A stretch of DNA of 64,000 nt from Tubiluchus corallicola (taxonomy: Eukaryota; Animalia; Priapulida), in NCBI GenBank assembly GCA_030141605.1, contig JAQGDQ010000085.1, forward strand, positions 186,001 to 250,000, in the 5' to 3' direction. The notes under the pieces were generated by a model. That model saw only the letters and a list, made by a program, of their open reading frames with translations. It was not told the DNA's origin and searched no databases. Below are positions 51,801 to 63,010 of the stretch, in pieces; positions within the stretch are counted from its first letter, which is position 1, and each line of letters starts with the position of its first letter. The position numbers and the translations under genes are program-made.

Positions 51801-52515
51801 GGTTTTGCTTAAATGGAATTACCGTCATGTTATTCAGATAACGATACAAAAATTTCAGTTGTGGAATCACGTCTAGTGAAGTGACTGATAGTGGCATTTA
51901 AGAGATTAATGTTTCTTGTAGATTGCTCGATTGCAGAAATTGATTGATCAAAACAATTCCAGCATCGATTACAATTTTAGCGAAGGCAATCGGCAGTCCT
52001 CCAGAATGGACGGTTGTAATGATGAGAGCAACAGGAAGGCACCAGAGTTAAATGTGCATGATAAGTGTGAGGAAAATACTTTAGATAGTCATGATTTCAG
52101 AGATGAAAGATCATGTTACACAAGAAGAAAAGCGATGTCCAGTCAGACTTGTGATGTCCTCAACAAGGGGAATGATTTTGAAGCAAGAAAACATGCTGAC
52201 TTGCCAAAAACGTTTGTTAATACAGCACTGCACAGACTAGCGGATGCTAAACAAAACAAAGTTGATGTAGCGACAGAAATAACTAGCCAGTTGAATGCTG
52301 TAGATGACTGTTCATCCCAAACTGACGTTTTTTCAAGAGGTAACCAATCGGGCCAGATTCAAGACATACCTTTGGATTTATCCGGGAATAGAGCCTCGTC
52401 AGAGGAACAGTGGACTGTGCTAGATAACGATGGTCAAATGCAGCCTCTGCAAACAACACCTACTAGTTTAGATTTACCAAATGTAGACCGTTTAGGAACA
52501 GTGGACAGTAGCTAG
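42635..52515 (+). CDS. CLCC1: Chloride channel CLIC-like protein 1 (MCLC family), 9 coding exons, 603 aa
   Basis: Exons sum to 1812 nt with consistent phases. Signal peptide, DWVDPGDMINYD motif, hydrophobic segments with SIPWNWLHLYK, C..YHEAVLVDPLWEVPPTKAFAVT..LEP..HIG, and a low-complexity C-terminal tail. Confidence 0.92.
43673..43867 (+). CDS. CLCC1: CLCC1 coding exon 2
   Basis: VTNNDV..LPYLRRYARILL..EQ. Confidence 0.88.
43930..44180 (-). mobile_element. 3' end of CR1/L2-clade LINE
   Basis: VDEAINIKQFKACLDKHW resembles the ORF2 C-terminal F-K-x-x-L-D-K-H-W motif of CR1-group elements. Confidence 0.6.
44445..44558 (+). CDS. CLCC1: CLCC1 coding exon 3
   Basis: DFSEDTYYNAKLKVS..DDTYE. Confidence 0.88.
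44709..44816 (+). CDS. CLCC1: CLCC1 coding exon 4
   Basis: VLQRMIVNIE..LLELLQ. Confidence 0.88.
44985..45150 (+). mobile_element. Partial copy of the 26645-26955 SINE
   Basis: gtgactggttagccacctgtcctcc..aaggcttcataaa aligns to reverse complement of ~26700-26810. Confidence 0.5.
45403..48116. mobile_element. pogo/Tigger-like non-autonomous element interrupted by a Kolobok-type insertion
   Basis: TA|CAAAGGGCGTCGCTTAATAGACTCAC ... GTGAGTCTATTAAGCGGTGCCTACTG|TA; repeated (A/T)ATTAA(C/G)CG subterminal motifs. Confidence 0.85.
46211..47951 (-). mobile_element. Kolobok-type element with degenerate THAP-domain remnant
   Basis: TTAA|AGGGGGAATATCA..AAAAT.AAGTT ... AACTT.ATTTT..TGATATTCCCCCT|TTAG. 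Minus ~47640-47480 reads ..NCRNTK..V*FP..LKQ*..(shift)KLCDNFSAVCFE. Confidence 0.8.
48569..48709 (+). CDS. CLCC1: CLCC1 coding exon 5
   Basis: TM segments ..FLISIPWNWLHLYK. Confidence 0.92.
48807..49516. mobile_element. hAT-type MITE with 8-bp target-site duplication
   Basis: TATCACCC|TAGGGCTATTAAACGATA ... TATCATTAACATCCTTA|CATCACCC; many (A)CGATA subterminal repeats. Confidence 0.85.
49542..49730 (+). CDS. CLCC1: CLCC1 coding exon 6
   Basis: IAVSKKHAE..CSEYHEAVLVDPLWEVPPTK. Confidence 0.94.
50004..50185 (+). CDS. CLCC1: CLCC1 coding exon 7
   Basis: AFAVTITKLFLEPAEHIG..TM..GCGYAI. Confidence 0.93.
50590..51000 (-). mobile_element. Repeat family A, second copy with duplicated flanking modules
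   Basis: cattgcgg.taatga, atttgaacc, acgacaataggg, ttagctggcaacta shared with 1170-1413. Flanking ttagttagttttatgatc and gccagaattttt repeated on both sides. Confidence 0.7.
51054..51153 (+). CDS. CLCC1: CLCC1 coding exon 8
   Basis: FPYFLGAIEP..REIRNE, phase 2-0. Confidence 0.87.
51922..52515 (+). CDS. CLCC1: CLCC1 terminal coding exon
   Basis: IARLQKLIDQ..TVDSS*; long ORF after a TTGTAG acceptor. Confidence 0.85.
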   Translation: MARLQKLIDQNNSSIDYNFSEGNRQSSRMDGCNDESNRKAPELNVHDKCEENTLDSHDFRDERSCYTRRKAMSSQTCDVLNKGNDFEARKHADLPKTFVNTALHRLADAKQNKVDVATEITSQLNAVDDCSSQTDVFSRGNQSGQIQDIPLDLSGNRASSEEQWTVLDNDGQMQPLQTTPTSLDLPNVDRLGTVDSS

Positions 52516-52852
52516 TGTGATGCAAACTCGAGGGTAAATTATACGTAATTGATTGTAAATATATCAGTGAAGCATACTAGCAGAGTTTGTATGATGCAAA
52601 CTTGAGTGTAAATGTTATTACTCAATTTGTTCGGATATAATTTTTGTAAAATGTAAATGAAACATTACAGCAGAGCTGAAGTGACATTTGTTTACAGAGA
52701 TCAGTAGCTTGTGTGATAAAAACTCCAGTTTAAATTATCATTAGTTAATTTATTGACTGTATATACATAAATTTCTGCAGCATAGCAGAGTTAAGTAATT
52801 AGCAGTTAGTTGCTGGCAACTACTTTAACATATGTAACTATTGACAGTAACA

Positions 52853-53742
52853 TCGATTAGCTCTTAATAACAAAAATAGGGACAATGAATAAAAAAACCA
52901 CCAATAAAAAGCAAGGAAAAAGGAAGGGCATAATGTTTTAAACTACCACTGCAGTTCTTCAGGTGAACAAAAAGAATAAAAATGGAAAAAAATCAGCAGG
53001 AATTACTGGAGATACTAAACTAATTTTCTGGGAGTTTTTTTTTTTGTTTATATTAGTAACATAAAAATGGTATCACACTAAACAGAATGCAAACACATAG
53101 AAAAAGTACAGAAGCTCAGCAAATAAAAACACAACAGAGAAACATAGATAGCAGTATAAAATAACTAGGCACAGTCGTAAAACAGAGTACAAAAGAAACT
53201 AATGAAATGTCTGTCTGACTTATGGGCAGGAAAAAAGTTGTCAAACCATTTAGGATACTAAAATTCATCGACTATTAACTTTTTCTAATAATTTAACTTA
53301 ATACTTTGGGGTTTTGCTTGAAGTAATGCCTCACTTTGCTGGCATAGTCATTATATTATTAAGCAGACATTTTCAAATGAAATTTGAATACTATCCATAG
53401 TTAACTTTTTCATATAACTTAATCGGGACTTTGATCTTTTGGCTGTTGTTTGCATTGTGTTCACTGTTTTCTTCTGATTAATCACCTTATGCTGCTTTAC
53501 TCTTTTCTTACTCATTCTCTTCTCCATCAGTTGCATTCTGTTTATAATCTGGGTCTGCTGTGCTTTTTTACATGCCTTTATAGTGGGATTTCCTTTTATG
53601 TTTACAATATATAGCTCTGTAGTTCTAGTAATTCCTTGATTTTTTGTTCACTTGAACTACAGTAGTAGTTCAAATGTTTGGACTTCTTTCTTTTTCATTG
53701 TTTTCTAATTGCAGGATTTGTTATTCATCAGCTATTGATAAT
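52853..53742. repeat. Two diverged, oppositely oriented copies of an A-rich repeat in the CLCC1 3' region
   Basis: aactac.actg.agttc..gtgaacaaaaa..ggaattact.ga on plus (~52940-53012) and on minus (~53672-53620); related copy at ~2960-3150. Confidence 0.55.
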
Positions 53743-53980
53743 GTTCATTACCTATGTGCAGTAATTAATGATGTGAACTGCCGTACTTTATCGCCATCTT
53801 GACCTAAGGCATCTTTCATTTTTTATACATTTGTAGGTATTATATTAAGTATTAACCTGTTTTCAATGAAAAATTGCTGTTAATTTAGTTTAGTTGTAAT
53901 ATCACGAACGTCAAAGTGTTCTCGATTCAGTTTTTGCACACAGATTTTAAGACATGTGAATATAACCAATTTCCACATGG

Positions 53981-54036
53981 AATAAACATTAAACACACAA
54001 CCACTGTTTTTCCAGAAAAATACATGTACTTTTATT
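53981..54036. terminator. Candidate convergent poly(A) signals of CLCC1 (+, AATAAA 53981-86) and KDM4 (-, AATAAA 54036-31)
   Basis: Two opposed canonical hexamers 44 nt apart, each followed by T/GT-rich sequence on its own strand. Confidence 0.4.
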
Positions 54037-56068
54037 ATTACTTCATTTTAACTTTGCTTAATACCTGCCTTCGTGATTTCTGAATTTGAACAGAGCACTT
54101 CAGTGCATAGATCTGCATATGAGCACATCAGAAAATGAAATTATTTTGCTTTTGTACAAGTGCAAAAAATTGCATGCAAAAAGTGCAAGTACTCATAAAG
54201 TACACTTGCACATGACATACAAGCTTTATAGCAAGGTGACTCAATACACAAAATGAGTGAATTTTACTGTACTTCATTTTCCTTATATAAAATCGCTCTA
54301 ACCTGCCAAGAAATAAAAACTTTCGGGGTTAAATCTCTTTTGATATGACATATAAACTAAGAAAAAACTTGAATAAAGAGTTCTCGGTAAATGGAATGAT
54401 GACAAAGTCAGAATTAATTTCATCTTTTATATTAAAATTTTAGTATGTAAAGTAATGGGAAAACACTGAATAGCATAAATTACAATAGATGTAACGTAAA
54501 AACAGTAACAGGATAAAAAAAACTACAAGCTTATCTAACATCTTTGTTAACAAGAATGCGTTCTCAGTTCTTGGACAGTTTTATACTCAATCTCATGCTT
54601 GGTTGCTTTTTACTTATTAATAAAAATTACACCAGAGAGCAACGAATACACAGTAAGGTAATAAAAATAGCAACAAATAACAATTACAGTAGAATTTTAG
54701 TATAAGCTTCACTTCACACGGTGCCTAAGTGAACAAATAAGCTGTTCTAAAGTTTACAAACTGAGCGACAGCAAGTTTTCCAATGCAAATAATAAATACC
54801 TACTTACTCTAACAATCTTTACTATGCTATCGTCAAAAAACAACAGGACAAAAACACTTAATACATACTCAGATGTATTTGCAACACTGGTTATTTACAT
54901 CTGTGCTTTGTTAAAGTTATTCATTGACTTCTCACAAACTGGGCTTGGGTACCAAAAGTTTATCTAAATAAATAAGATCCAACATTTCGCATCTAAAACA
55001 CTCGATGCTACTGGCTGGTTATACAGTATTTTACTTTTATATTATTCCAAATTGTAGCGAATACCAACTTATCCCCCTCAGCAAATTAGTGTCAAACATT
55101 AGCTTTTGAACAACCAAGTTATAAATATTCCCTTATAGTGAAAAAAATTAATTCACCTGTTACAGTTAATTTAAGGTATTATATTACTGTGTTTAATATT
55201 ATTATTTTATGTAGGTAACGTACATTCTTTACAAAAGAAATATTCTGCATAAAAATTACACTACGACGATACACAACGAGAAAATTGAAGATAACAAACT
55301 AAAGTTTCAACTCGTAATAGATACAACAGGTACTAATGGGTCTACAATTACTTATGTACACTGTACAATTCATTTTACACTTCTTTTGTAGCATCACGTT
55401 AATATTTAAATCAGAGCAGTCGAGTTTTGCAAAAATTCATACCTAACGAGCATTAATCAGATAGGCCATCTCACACTGTACAGCCCAATTTTATTACCAC
55501 AATCCCATAGGCCGTAGCTAATAAATTTACTACAATCAGTGCTAGCAAATGTTAGGTAATAATAAAATACTTTTGTTGGTGTGTTTATTTACAGCTGCAA
55601 GCAATATGTAGTGCTCATCTTTTCTTTAATTAAAGTAAACTGGTAAATTTTGGTGTTTATCGTTAATGTCTCTAAACAGACTTTTCAAATGTTTAAATAA
55701 GCTAACAGTCAAAATCGGAAACAAACAAAACAATGCACAAATATGCTAAACGTATCCGACAAAGTTTCATTTATACGCGACACAATGGTCATGAAATAAA
55801 AAGTATTAGCATTATATGTGAAAAATTGACAAGAAAATATGCACTCAAATAAGTGGCTATTATTGACTACTGGTGTGTATCGTTTTGCGGAGTTTATTAC
55901 TCCACTTTTTGCTTTTGAGGGCTGTACACAACAGTGCTTCAAAGTTCTTATTTAAATGGTTTACGATCAATTGTAGTCCTGATATAAACTACAAACAATA
56001 AAATTCTAACTGTGAACATTTACATATACAAATATGACGTATGATACAAAAAAACGTGTTCGCTGAGA

Positions 56069-56188
56069 TTATGTAGAAACTAGTTCCTCGCCCAAATACT
56101 TGCTGTTTGCAATGCGCTGACGTTTAGATGTTTGCACCTTTTGTTGTTCTGCAAAGATGTCTTCGTGGCGACGTTCCGTTGCAAGTGA
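56069..56188 (-). CDS. KDM4: KDM4 terminal coding exon
   Basis: [25 protein letters not shown]. Confidence 0.93.
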   Translation of the reverse strand, partial: SLATERRHEDIFAEQQKVQTSKRQRIANSKYLGEELVST

Positions 56189-59100
56189 CTAAAAGTTTAA
56201 AAAAAGTTATGGATACCACGGGAGGGAGTTTGCAGGAATACTCAAATTAATAACAGGTAAAACATTATTTTTGACAGAAGTTTCAAAAAAATTGTGATAA
56301 TAATACATTGGCACTTTATCAAGAAACAAAATAAATATTTTTGGCAGTTTTAAAGCAGTAACATGCATATACAAAACAGCTTGGGATAAATCCACACAAG
56401 CTGCGTTTCCTAAATTACTTACATATCTTGACTTAACCTTCTTTGGTAGCTTTTCATCCAAACCGTAAACATCTATCTGTTTCACCGTTAATTCTGAACC
56501 ATCTTCAAACTCGACCTAATAACGAAATAATCAATGATGCATCATACAACTAAATACTGAGGTTGTAAGATAAGATCCCATCAAATTATGATGCACTTTT
56601 ATTTCTTTCATTGTGCCTAATATTCTTCCCTTGTAACTCCACTACGGAATGCCAAACTACGAACTTTATTTGAAGAACACATCAGTAAAAATAATAATAA
56701 TAAGATGACCATTAAATGGTAAATAAGTAGAATGTGGCTCCTTACCAGGTACATTAAACGTTCATGAGTGCCTTTATAAACACCCCCGTAAACAATTCCA
56801 TCAGTCCATTTTACTTCCACCTGTGTGTCTGATGGCGGCGGACCATCTTTTAAACAATTATGTGACTGAAATTTCAAAGCCAAATATTAGGACACTTAAA
56901 ACATGGAAAAACTTTTGATATTCCGAGAATGAAGTGGTAAGCAAATTGACAAAAAATACTGTTAAACCACCCAATCACTCACACAATGCCTTATAACATA
57001 TAATATAACTAAGCCACTTTAAACTCATAAAAATAGTAATTTCACCACTAAATCCTGAGGAAACAAATCTTCACTGTATGAGCCATCATCAAAGTCAACT
57101 TCATAAAACAGCTGCTTTGTGATACTGATGATCTCGCATTTGTAGTAACGCCCATTTTTGTGCTTCGCGATGACCGAATCGCCGAGTTTAAGATCAGGTT
57201 TTTTGGGCGGTGGAGCCTACAAAAGATTTACAAGTTACTATTAGTATTTATCTATTACTTTTTACAATCTCCATAACATTGGGACAGAAACTTTAATTCG
57301 TTAAGCTAATGTTTTCACCACTTCAAAAAGTAATGTAGGAAAAGTGCTAATAGTAAGATGCGACAAAGTCTTGCTTTCGATATGCAAGACAATTTTTACA
57401 AGAGACGTTTCTGTCATGCTACATATAATCAAACCTTGACCTTTTTGCCAGAATGTCGTGGACATGTGACGTAGATGAGATATGGCCAGCCAGACGTCTC
57501 AAATGGCATTCCAGAACCCATTGCACATGTAACGTGAAAAGCCATCGAACACTTTCCAGCTGAGCACTGTATACAAGCATGCGAGGAATGCAGTGACCGC
57601 TTCATCCATTCGTGGCAAAATACACATTTCTGAAATACAGAAAAGAAAATGCAAATAAAAAACTACATGCAACTGCAAACCCACTTGCAAATAGCTAAGT
57701 ATAACCACGAAAAATAACTTGCAAAGTACGTACCAGTCGAAGTCGTGCTGGAGGGATTTTATTTATGACAACTGGACCTCTTCGAATTGCATTTTCAAAC
57801 GATGCCTCCGGTATCACTATCACACATACAATATGTGCCCATCGACCATCAGTAGTTGGTTTTATCGCACCACCCCTGAGAGTACACAAACAGCACTCCT
57901 AGAAACAAAGATAATTTTATTATTACAAAGTAATGCAAGCCTCTCTAGTAATGTTTCTCTTATTCAAATCAAGCTACACTCAGCTAAGAAACAGATAAGA
58001 CAAATGGCTGCTAAAACATCTAGGTAAAAACACAGCATTCACACCACAAGTCGTCAGATTGTTAAAAAACGACAAACTGTTTGGTCTTCACTAGAAGTGG
58101 ATATGACTTTTGCCAGTTAAAGGACTCGCAAGTGCCAGCATATTACTGAGCATGACTTACAGCATCAAATTGCTCCATGGTGCATCGCTCACATAACCAT
58201 TCTTCTTTCTCTCTTGCACCCAAAACTCCATAGCAACCTTTAAAGAGAAAATTTCTAAGCTAATATTAACATGCAATTTGTAATCACCTATAAAAATATG
58301 ATCATGATGACAACTTCGTTAAGTTGAAATTAAAAGTCGGCATTAAAATTAACACAAACACTATGGAAACTTAAATAAAAAAGGGAACATTATTTCTGCT
58401 TGCAAAAGTTGTTTAAGAAATGAAACTAAGAGTTAACTCATATGTTACATTATTACTGAGGCAAGGACAAGTAATGTTTACTAGCCTTGTTAAAAGTTTA
58501 GGTACCCAGTATAGATCAATTTGGAATTGTATCACTTCCTTTACCAACTAGACCAGAGACTGCAGACTGTAGGTTCATTGGCAGCATCAGTTCAATGTGT
58601 TAAAATAAATTATTTAACAATAGCAACTGGACAGCTCATGTAATCCATTCTTCTAAAGAAAAAACTAACTGATATAATGTCAAAAAAGGCATATAAACTT
58701 ACTTGCATGAACACAAAGACTACACTGAGAGCAAACGAGTAGTGGACTCAACATTTCATCATCCAAGTTTAATTCCTCACCCTCGGTGATATTAGGATTA
58801 GAACCGGACGTGAAACATAACTCTGGAACCCAAGGTGCAGTTCGACCTGGTAAGGAATCTGGCTGTACAGTAACCTTTTTTGGTGATTTTCCTCTTTTTT
58901 CTTCACTGTCCTAAAACATTATCAAAAGAAATTAGTAGCACTTGTGAGAAACTTCATTCAATTCCCAGCTGTTAAAGTCTTTGAAAATTGGTGTCACGAA
59001 GCAAATGCGTGCATTTGACAATTGTGCACCGACTAATGGACAAGCGTGCAAATGCATTCTTAAAAAATTCTTTACTGTTTGTTTTACAGATTACTTAGTT

Positions 59101-62100
59101 TCCAACTAGTAGCAAATTTTATGCGTTTCATTTTGGTGTTACTACACTCAAGTTGAATTTTGAGGTAAATTTCAGGGAAAGTTAGGTACACTGGATATAA
59201 ATAACGGGATGCTAGTGTAGCTTTGGCGCAAATACGTTCAGACAACTACTTATGTCAACAACATGTTAAAGTGAGAAAACACATCCCTATGTAAGCATGA
59301 TTGGAAACTGACACAGTATTTGCAATCATTTTAGGGTTAGAGAAAAGGAAATCCTATGAATTTTAATTTTTTTATAGATTTTTGTATAAACCAAAGCGCA
59401 AACACAGTAGAACATGTGACTACACACCTCAACCGGTCTTAAGAGGTAGCATACAGCACAATGTGGTTCTTCTAATGATTGTTCACGGTTATACTCAATC
59501 TCTGCTTCCATGGATATTCTCCGACTTTGCCAAAGAAGATTCAGCTTTTTTGCCCAAGGCTCCATGTTTTGTTCTTCAACAACATCTACAATACAAAAAA
59601 GCTTCAAAAGTGACTGATTCATTTATGCAGTGCTTTGATGACAATTAAGAGCCTTACACTTTACACCCATTCTGTCCAAAGCTTTCTTTTCAAGACTTAA
59701 CAAAGAAAAATATTACAATATTTATTGAACTGCAAATTTAAAAGATGGTCGGTGTTCACTAGACATTCTAAGGAAAATTAACAAACATTACCATCTTCAC
59801 TGCTAGATGGCGGATCAACCAGCTTCGATGTTTTGTGAATGGGATGTCGTCTTGCTTGCTTCTTATTTCCCTTCTTATGAGGTAACACCAAAAACACTTT
59901 TGCGTCGTTACTTGACACACTGGTAGAATCGTCTTCTGGGTGTAAAGGAACACCATTTGGCGACACAACACGTTTACCATTCAGAATATCATTTGCCACT
60001 TTTGTGATAAGGTCTAAACCAGATGTTGAAGGCACAGGCGGTGCAGGCTCAGCCTTCGATGAATATGCGTGGAACATGTTTATAGTTGACACAAATGCAC
60101 TGGGTGGTATCTCACTATCACCTATAACTTCATATGCCTGAGTGTCATACGGAAACAATGTTGGCGGTGGCCCCAGCTCATAGTCAGGTGGGACGTCTTC
60201 AGTGACAACAGTTTTCAGTTCGTCATCTGCAGACTTCTTTGATAATGGTTCACCACGTGAATAATCTTCTGCTGCGTTGAGTTTCCGCTTCACGAGCTTT
60301 ACATCATTTGAGTCCTAAATAACAAAAAAAAACTGTTAAGTAAAAATTAGATGGAGTAGACTGACATACAACATACTTCTGTTGTGTCTAATCGCCCGGA
60401 TAATATTTTTTATCGCACACATGGCCGGGAAATTTATAATTTTTTTTGTACGTTCATATGCATACTTGATGCAGATATAAAAGATATATTTTTAATTTAA
60501 AAGTAAAACACAATTATTCTAACTCTTTCAGGGGATGTGGCCATGTTTTTCTAAGGCTAATTCTCGGCCAGGATTGCTGTTTCGTATGATGCTCATCGCA
60601 TTGGAGGCTAAAAGTATCGAATTTTCTGCCAAATCAGTGTATAAACGACCGAATAGTGTTGCCGCTTATACCATAATTATCACAACATACGTTCAGGATA
60701 CAAAAAAAGAAGATTACAAAACAAAAAGCTAAAAAACAAAGCGTGAAAAAATTACTGCTGACAAGTGGGAAATAAGCAAACTTCGATTTCAACTAATTTT
60801 AAATATTCCGAGATTTAGCCACACCGATAAGATAGTGTGCACGCAAAGGTAGTGCTACACTGCTTGATGTTTATCGTGTGATTTTTGTGGTTTTTCCAAG
60901 AAAATAAGTGCAAATGACAATGTTACAGCAATCGATTTAAATCGACAGCTGAAAAAACAACGATGATCAGAAACAAAATCAAAATCGACTACAATCAATT
61001 AATAGATCCTCTCTCTATTTTTACACTAGTGCACACCGCCCTCAAAATCAGTAAAAAAATTTGAAGTATTTGTTCAGGTAACTACCTTTATTTTGCATAT
61101 TTTACAAATGGGTTTCACACAATTGTAAGCACAAATCTCAAGAACTTCCCTAGCCAAACTTTTAAAGGCAAGCGGACATAATACAAACTACTAAGTACTA
61201 TAACAGTGACGAGAACGTTAGCTCGGAAATTTCAAAGCACAAGGAACTTGTCGGTCAGCATCTAAAACCAGCACACGATTACACAGACTAGTATTTACAC
61301 CAGCTCAGGTTACAAATTGTTTTCATAACATTTTCAATGGTTTACAGTATTGGTAAAAATCAGGATAGTGTAGTAACAGGAAAGTAAATAAATTACATAG
61401 TTGCACACAACTTTTTCGGATAAAATCTAGAAACTTCAGTTTTACTCACCTGTCTTATTTGGTCTGGCATTTCTTGGTTCATATTTGCTGCTCCTTCTTC
61501 TCCCTCTTGCTTAATACATACAGTTTGACTCGACGTATTTTCATTCATATCTGACAATGTAACGTCACTTCGCACTAAGTCGTCAGGCGACTGTATAGAT
61601 TCTAATGCAGAGTTCACCGACGTTGATGCAGGAAGGTTGGAGTCACTTTTCACAAATGTATATTTTAAGACTGGTGACTTAGAATGCTCATCACTTAAAG
61701 AAAACCTGTATTTTATCAACTGTGATGCTGAGGATTGTGCCTGTAACACGTTTTCAGTTTGTGAAGCTGAAGAGTCTGGTAAACGTGCAACACTGTCTAT
61801 CAGCTGCTCGTATCTTGACAACAAACTCTTATCATCCGATGATTTTTCGGCTACTCCTTTGAGCTTAGTTTTATCGTCAAGTATCTCATCCAGCAAATTA
61901 CTGAAAATGAGATGTCATGTCATTAAAAGACAATCTATTTCCTTTAAGTACTAATTTCTAGACAATCTTGTATTCTATCTAACAGACCATAGCATGATAA
62001 CCCTACAGTTTTCAAAGGACATATGGGTGCATAAAAAGCAGCATGAATGAAAGAAATGAAAAAGCCCTCAGTTCAAAGAACCAATTTTGTAACATGTCTG

Positions 62101-63010
62101 TAGCAATTTTGCTCTTATCAGATGGTAACTGATAAGTTACTCCATAGGTTACTGATAGGTTCCTCTTAATTAATCAAACTGGTAACTTGGAAAAACATGC
62201 TGATATACCACAGTCATGAGTTATTTGAGGCGAAATAAAAACTGATAGAGTGGCAATAATTTTTGGGTGAAGTCACAAGCAGGTTCAAGATCTATTGTCT
62301 TTTCCATCTTCCTGGTACTCAATTGGCATTTGCAATGTATTAAATGTATCCCACAGGAACAATGATATTATAATTCTAAGCAGATGACCTTTAGACCTTG
62401 ACCTCATCTAATCGGCAACCTATTGTAACGTTCTGTGTGAATCTTTCCCTAGAGATCATCAATCGGTCGAGAGAACAGGACAAAGGCCGCCGACTCTCTG
62501 ATACTCTGTGCTGTTAAAATTTGCTTTCGTACGCATCCTTGTTAGACAAGACCATTATGATCTTGGGGTGTATTAAAGTCTCAAGCAAATTAAATATGGG
62601 TCCCAACCTAGAAAACAGTATACATGCAGCATTGGCATGACTATCACTTTACGATAATTCATTCTGAAGGACTTGTAAATAACATACAGCATAAGGCAAT
62701 CTAGTACAGATTACCGAGTGTAACGTACATACTTTTGCTTTCCTACACATATGTACGTTCCGTACAAATTTTCATACTTAGACCACAATAGGATTCAAGT
62801 ACGTAAAAAAACATGAATTATAAATTTCTATTATACATACTTTTCTTCCTTGACTTTCTTTGGTGTTCGTGGTAAACAAAGACGTTTATCTTTTTCTTCA
62901 GGATGTGGAGCTATATCTTTGCCGGCTTTCCATAATTCAAACTTTTCTGGTTGATAGCGTTTGACAAATATATCCATGTTGATCTTGACCATGTCTTTGC
63001 TGCACAGACA
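56069..63010 (-). CDS. KDM4: Lysine-specific demethylase 4 (KDM4A/B/C-like), 5'-partial (JmjN/JmjC core lies beyond window end)
   Basis: 12 exons, 2451 nt, phases consistent. [32 protein letters not shown] (post-JmjC, Zn ligands), RRHP motif, PHD ([20 protein letters not shown]), ePHD ([24 protein letters not shown]), double Tudor ([18 protein letters not shown]; VEVKWTDG). Confidence 0.96.
56423..56515 (-). CDS. KDM4: KDM4 exon
   Basis: [31 protein letters not shown]. Confidence 0.95.
56746..56865 (-). CDS. KDM4: KDM4 exon (Tudor 2)
   Basis: [30 protein letters not shown]. Confidence 0.95.
57046..57216 (-). CDS. KDM4: KDM4 exon (Tudor 1)
   Basis: [32 protein letters not shown]. Confidence 0.95.
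57435..57629 (-). CDS. KDM4: KDM4 exon (PHD2)
   Basis: [36 protein letters not shown]. Confidence 0.95.
57734..57898 (-). CDS. KDM4: KDM4 exon (Zn knuckle/ePHD)
   Basis: [32 protein letters not shown]. Confidence 0.95.
58161..58237 (-). CDS. KDM4: KDM4 exon (PHD1)
   Basis: SCYGV..WLCERC. Confidence 0.94.
58703..58910 (-). CDS. KDM4: KDM4 exon (PHD1)
   Basis: [23 protein letters not shown]. Confidence 0.94.
59428..59585 (-). CDS. KDM4: KDM4 exon
   Basis: [23 protein letters not shown]. Confidence 0.93.
59792..60314 (-). CDS. KDM4: KDM4 exon (linker)
   Basis: [26 protein letters not shown]. Confidence 0.9.
61450..61900 (-). CDS. KDM4: KDM4 exon (disordered linker)
   Basis: [15 protein letters not shown], phase 2-0, donor GTGAGT. 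Confidence 0.88.
62841..63010 (-). CDS. KDM4: KDM4 exon (post-JmjC)
   Basis: [39 protein letters not shown]. Confidence 0.95.
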
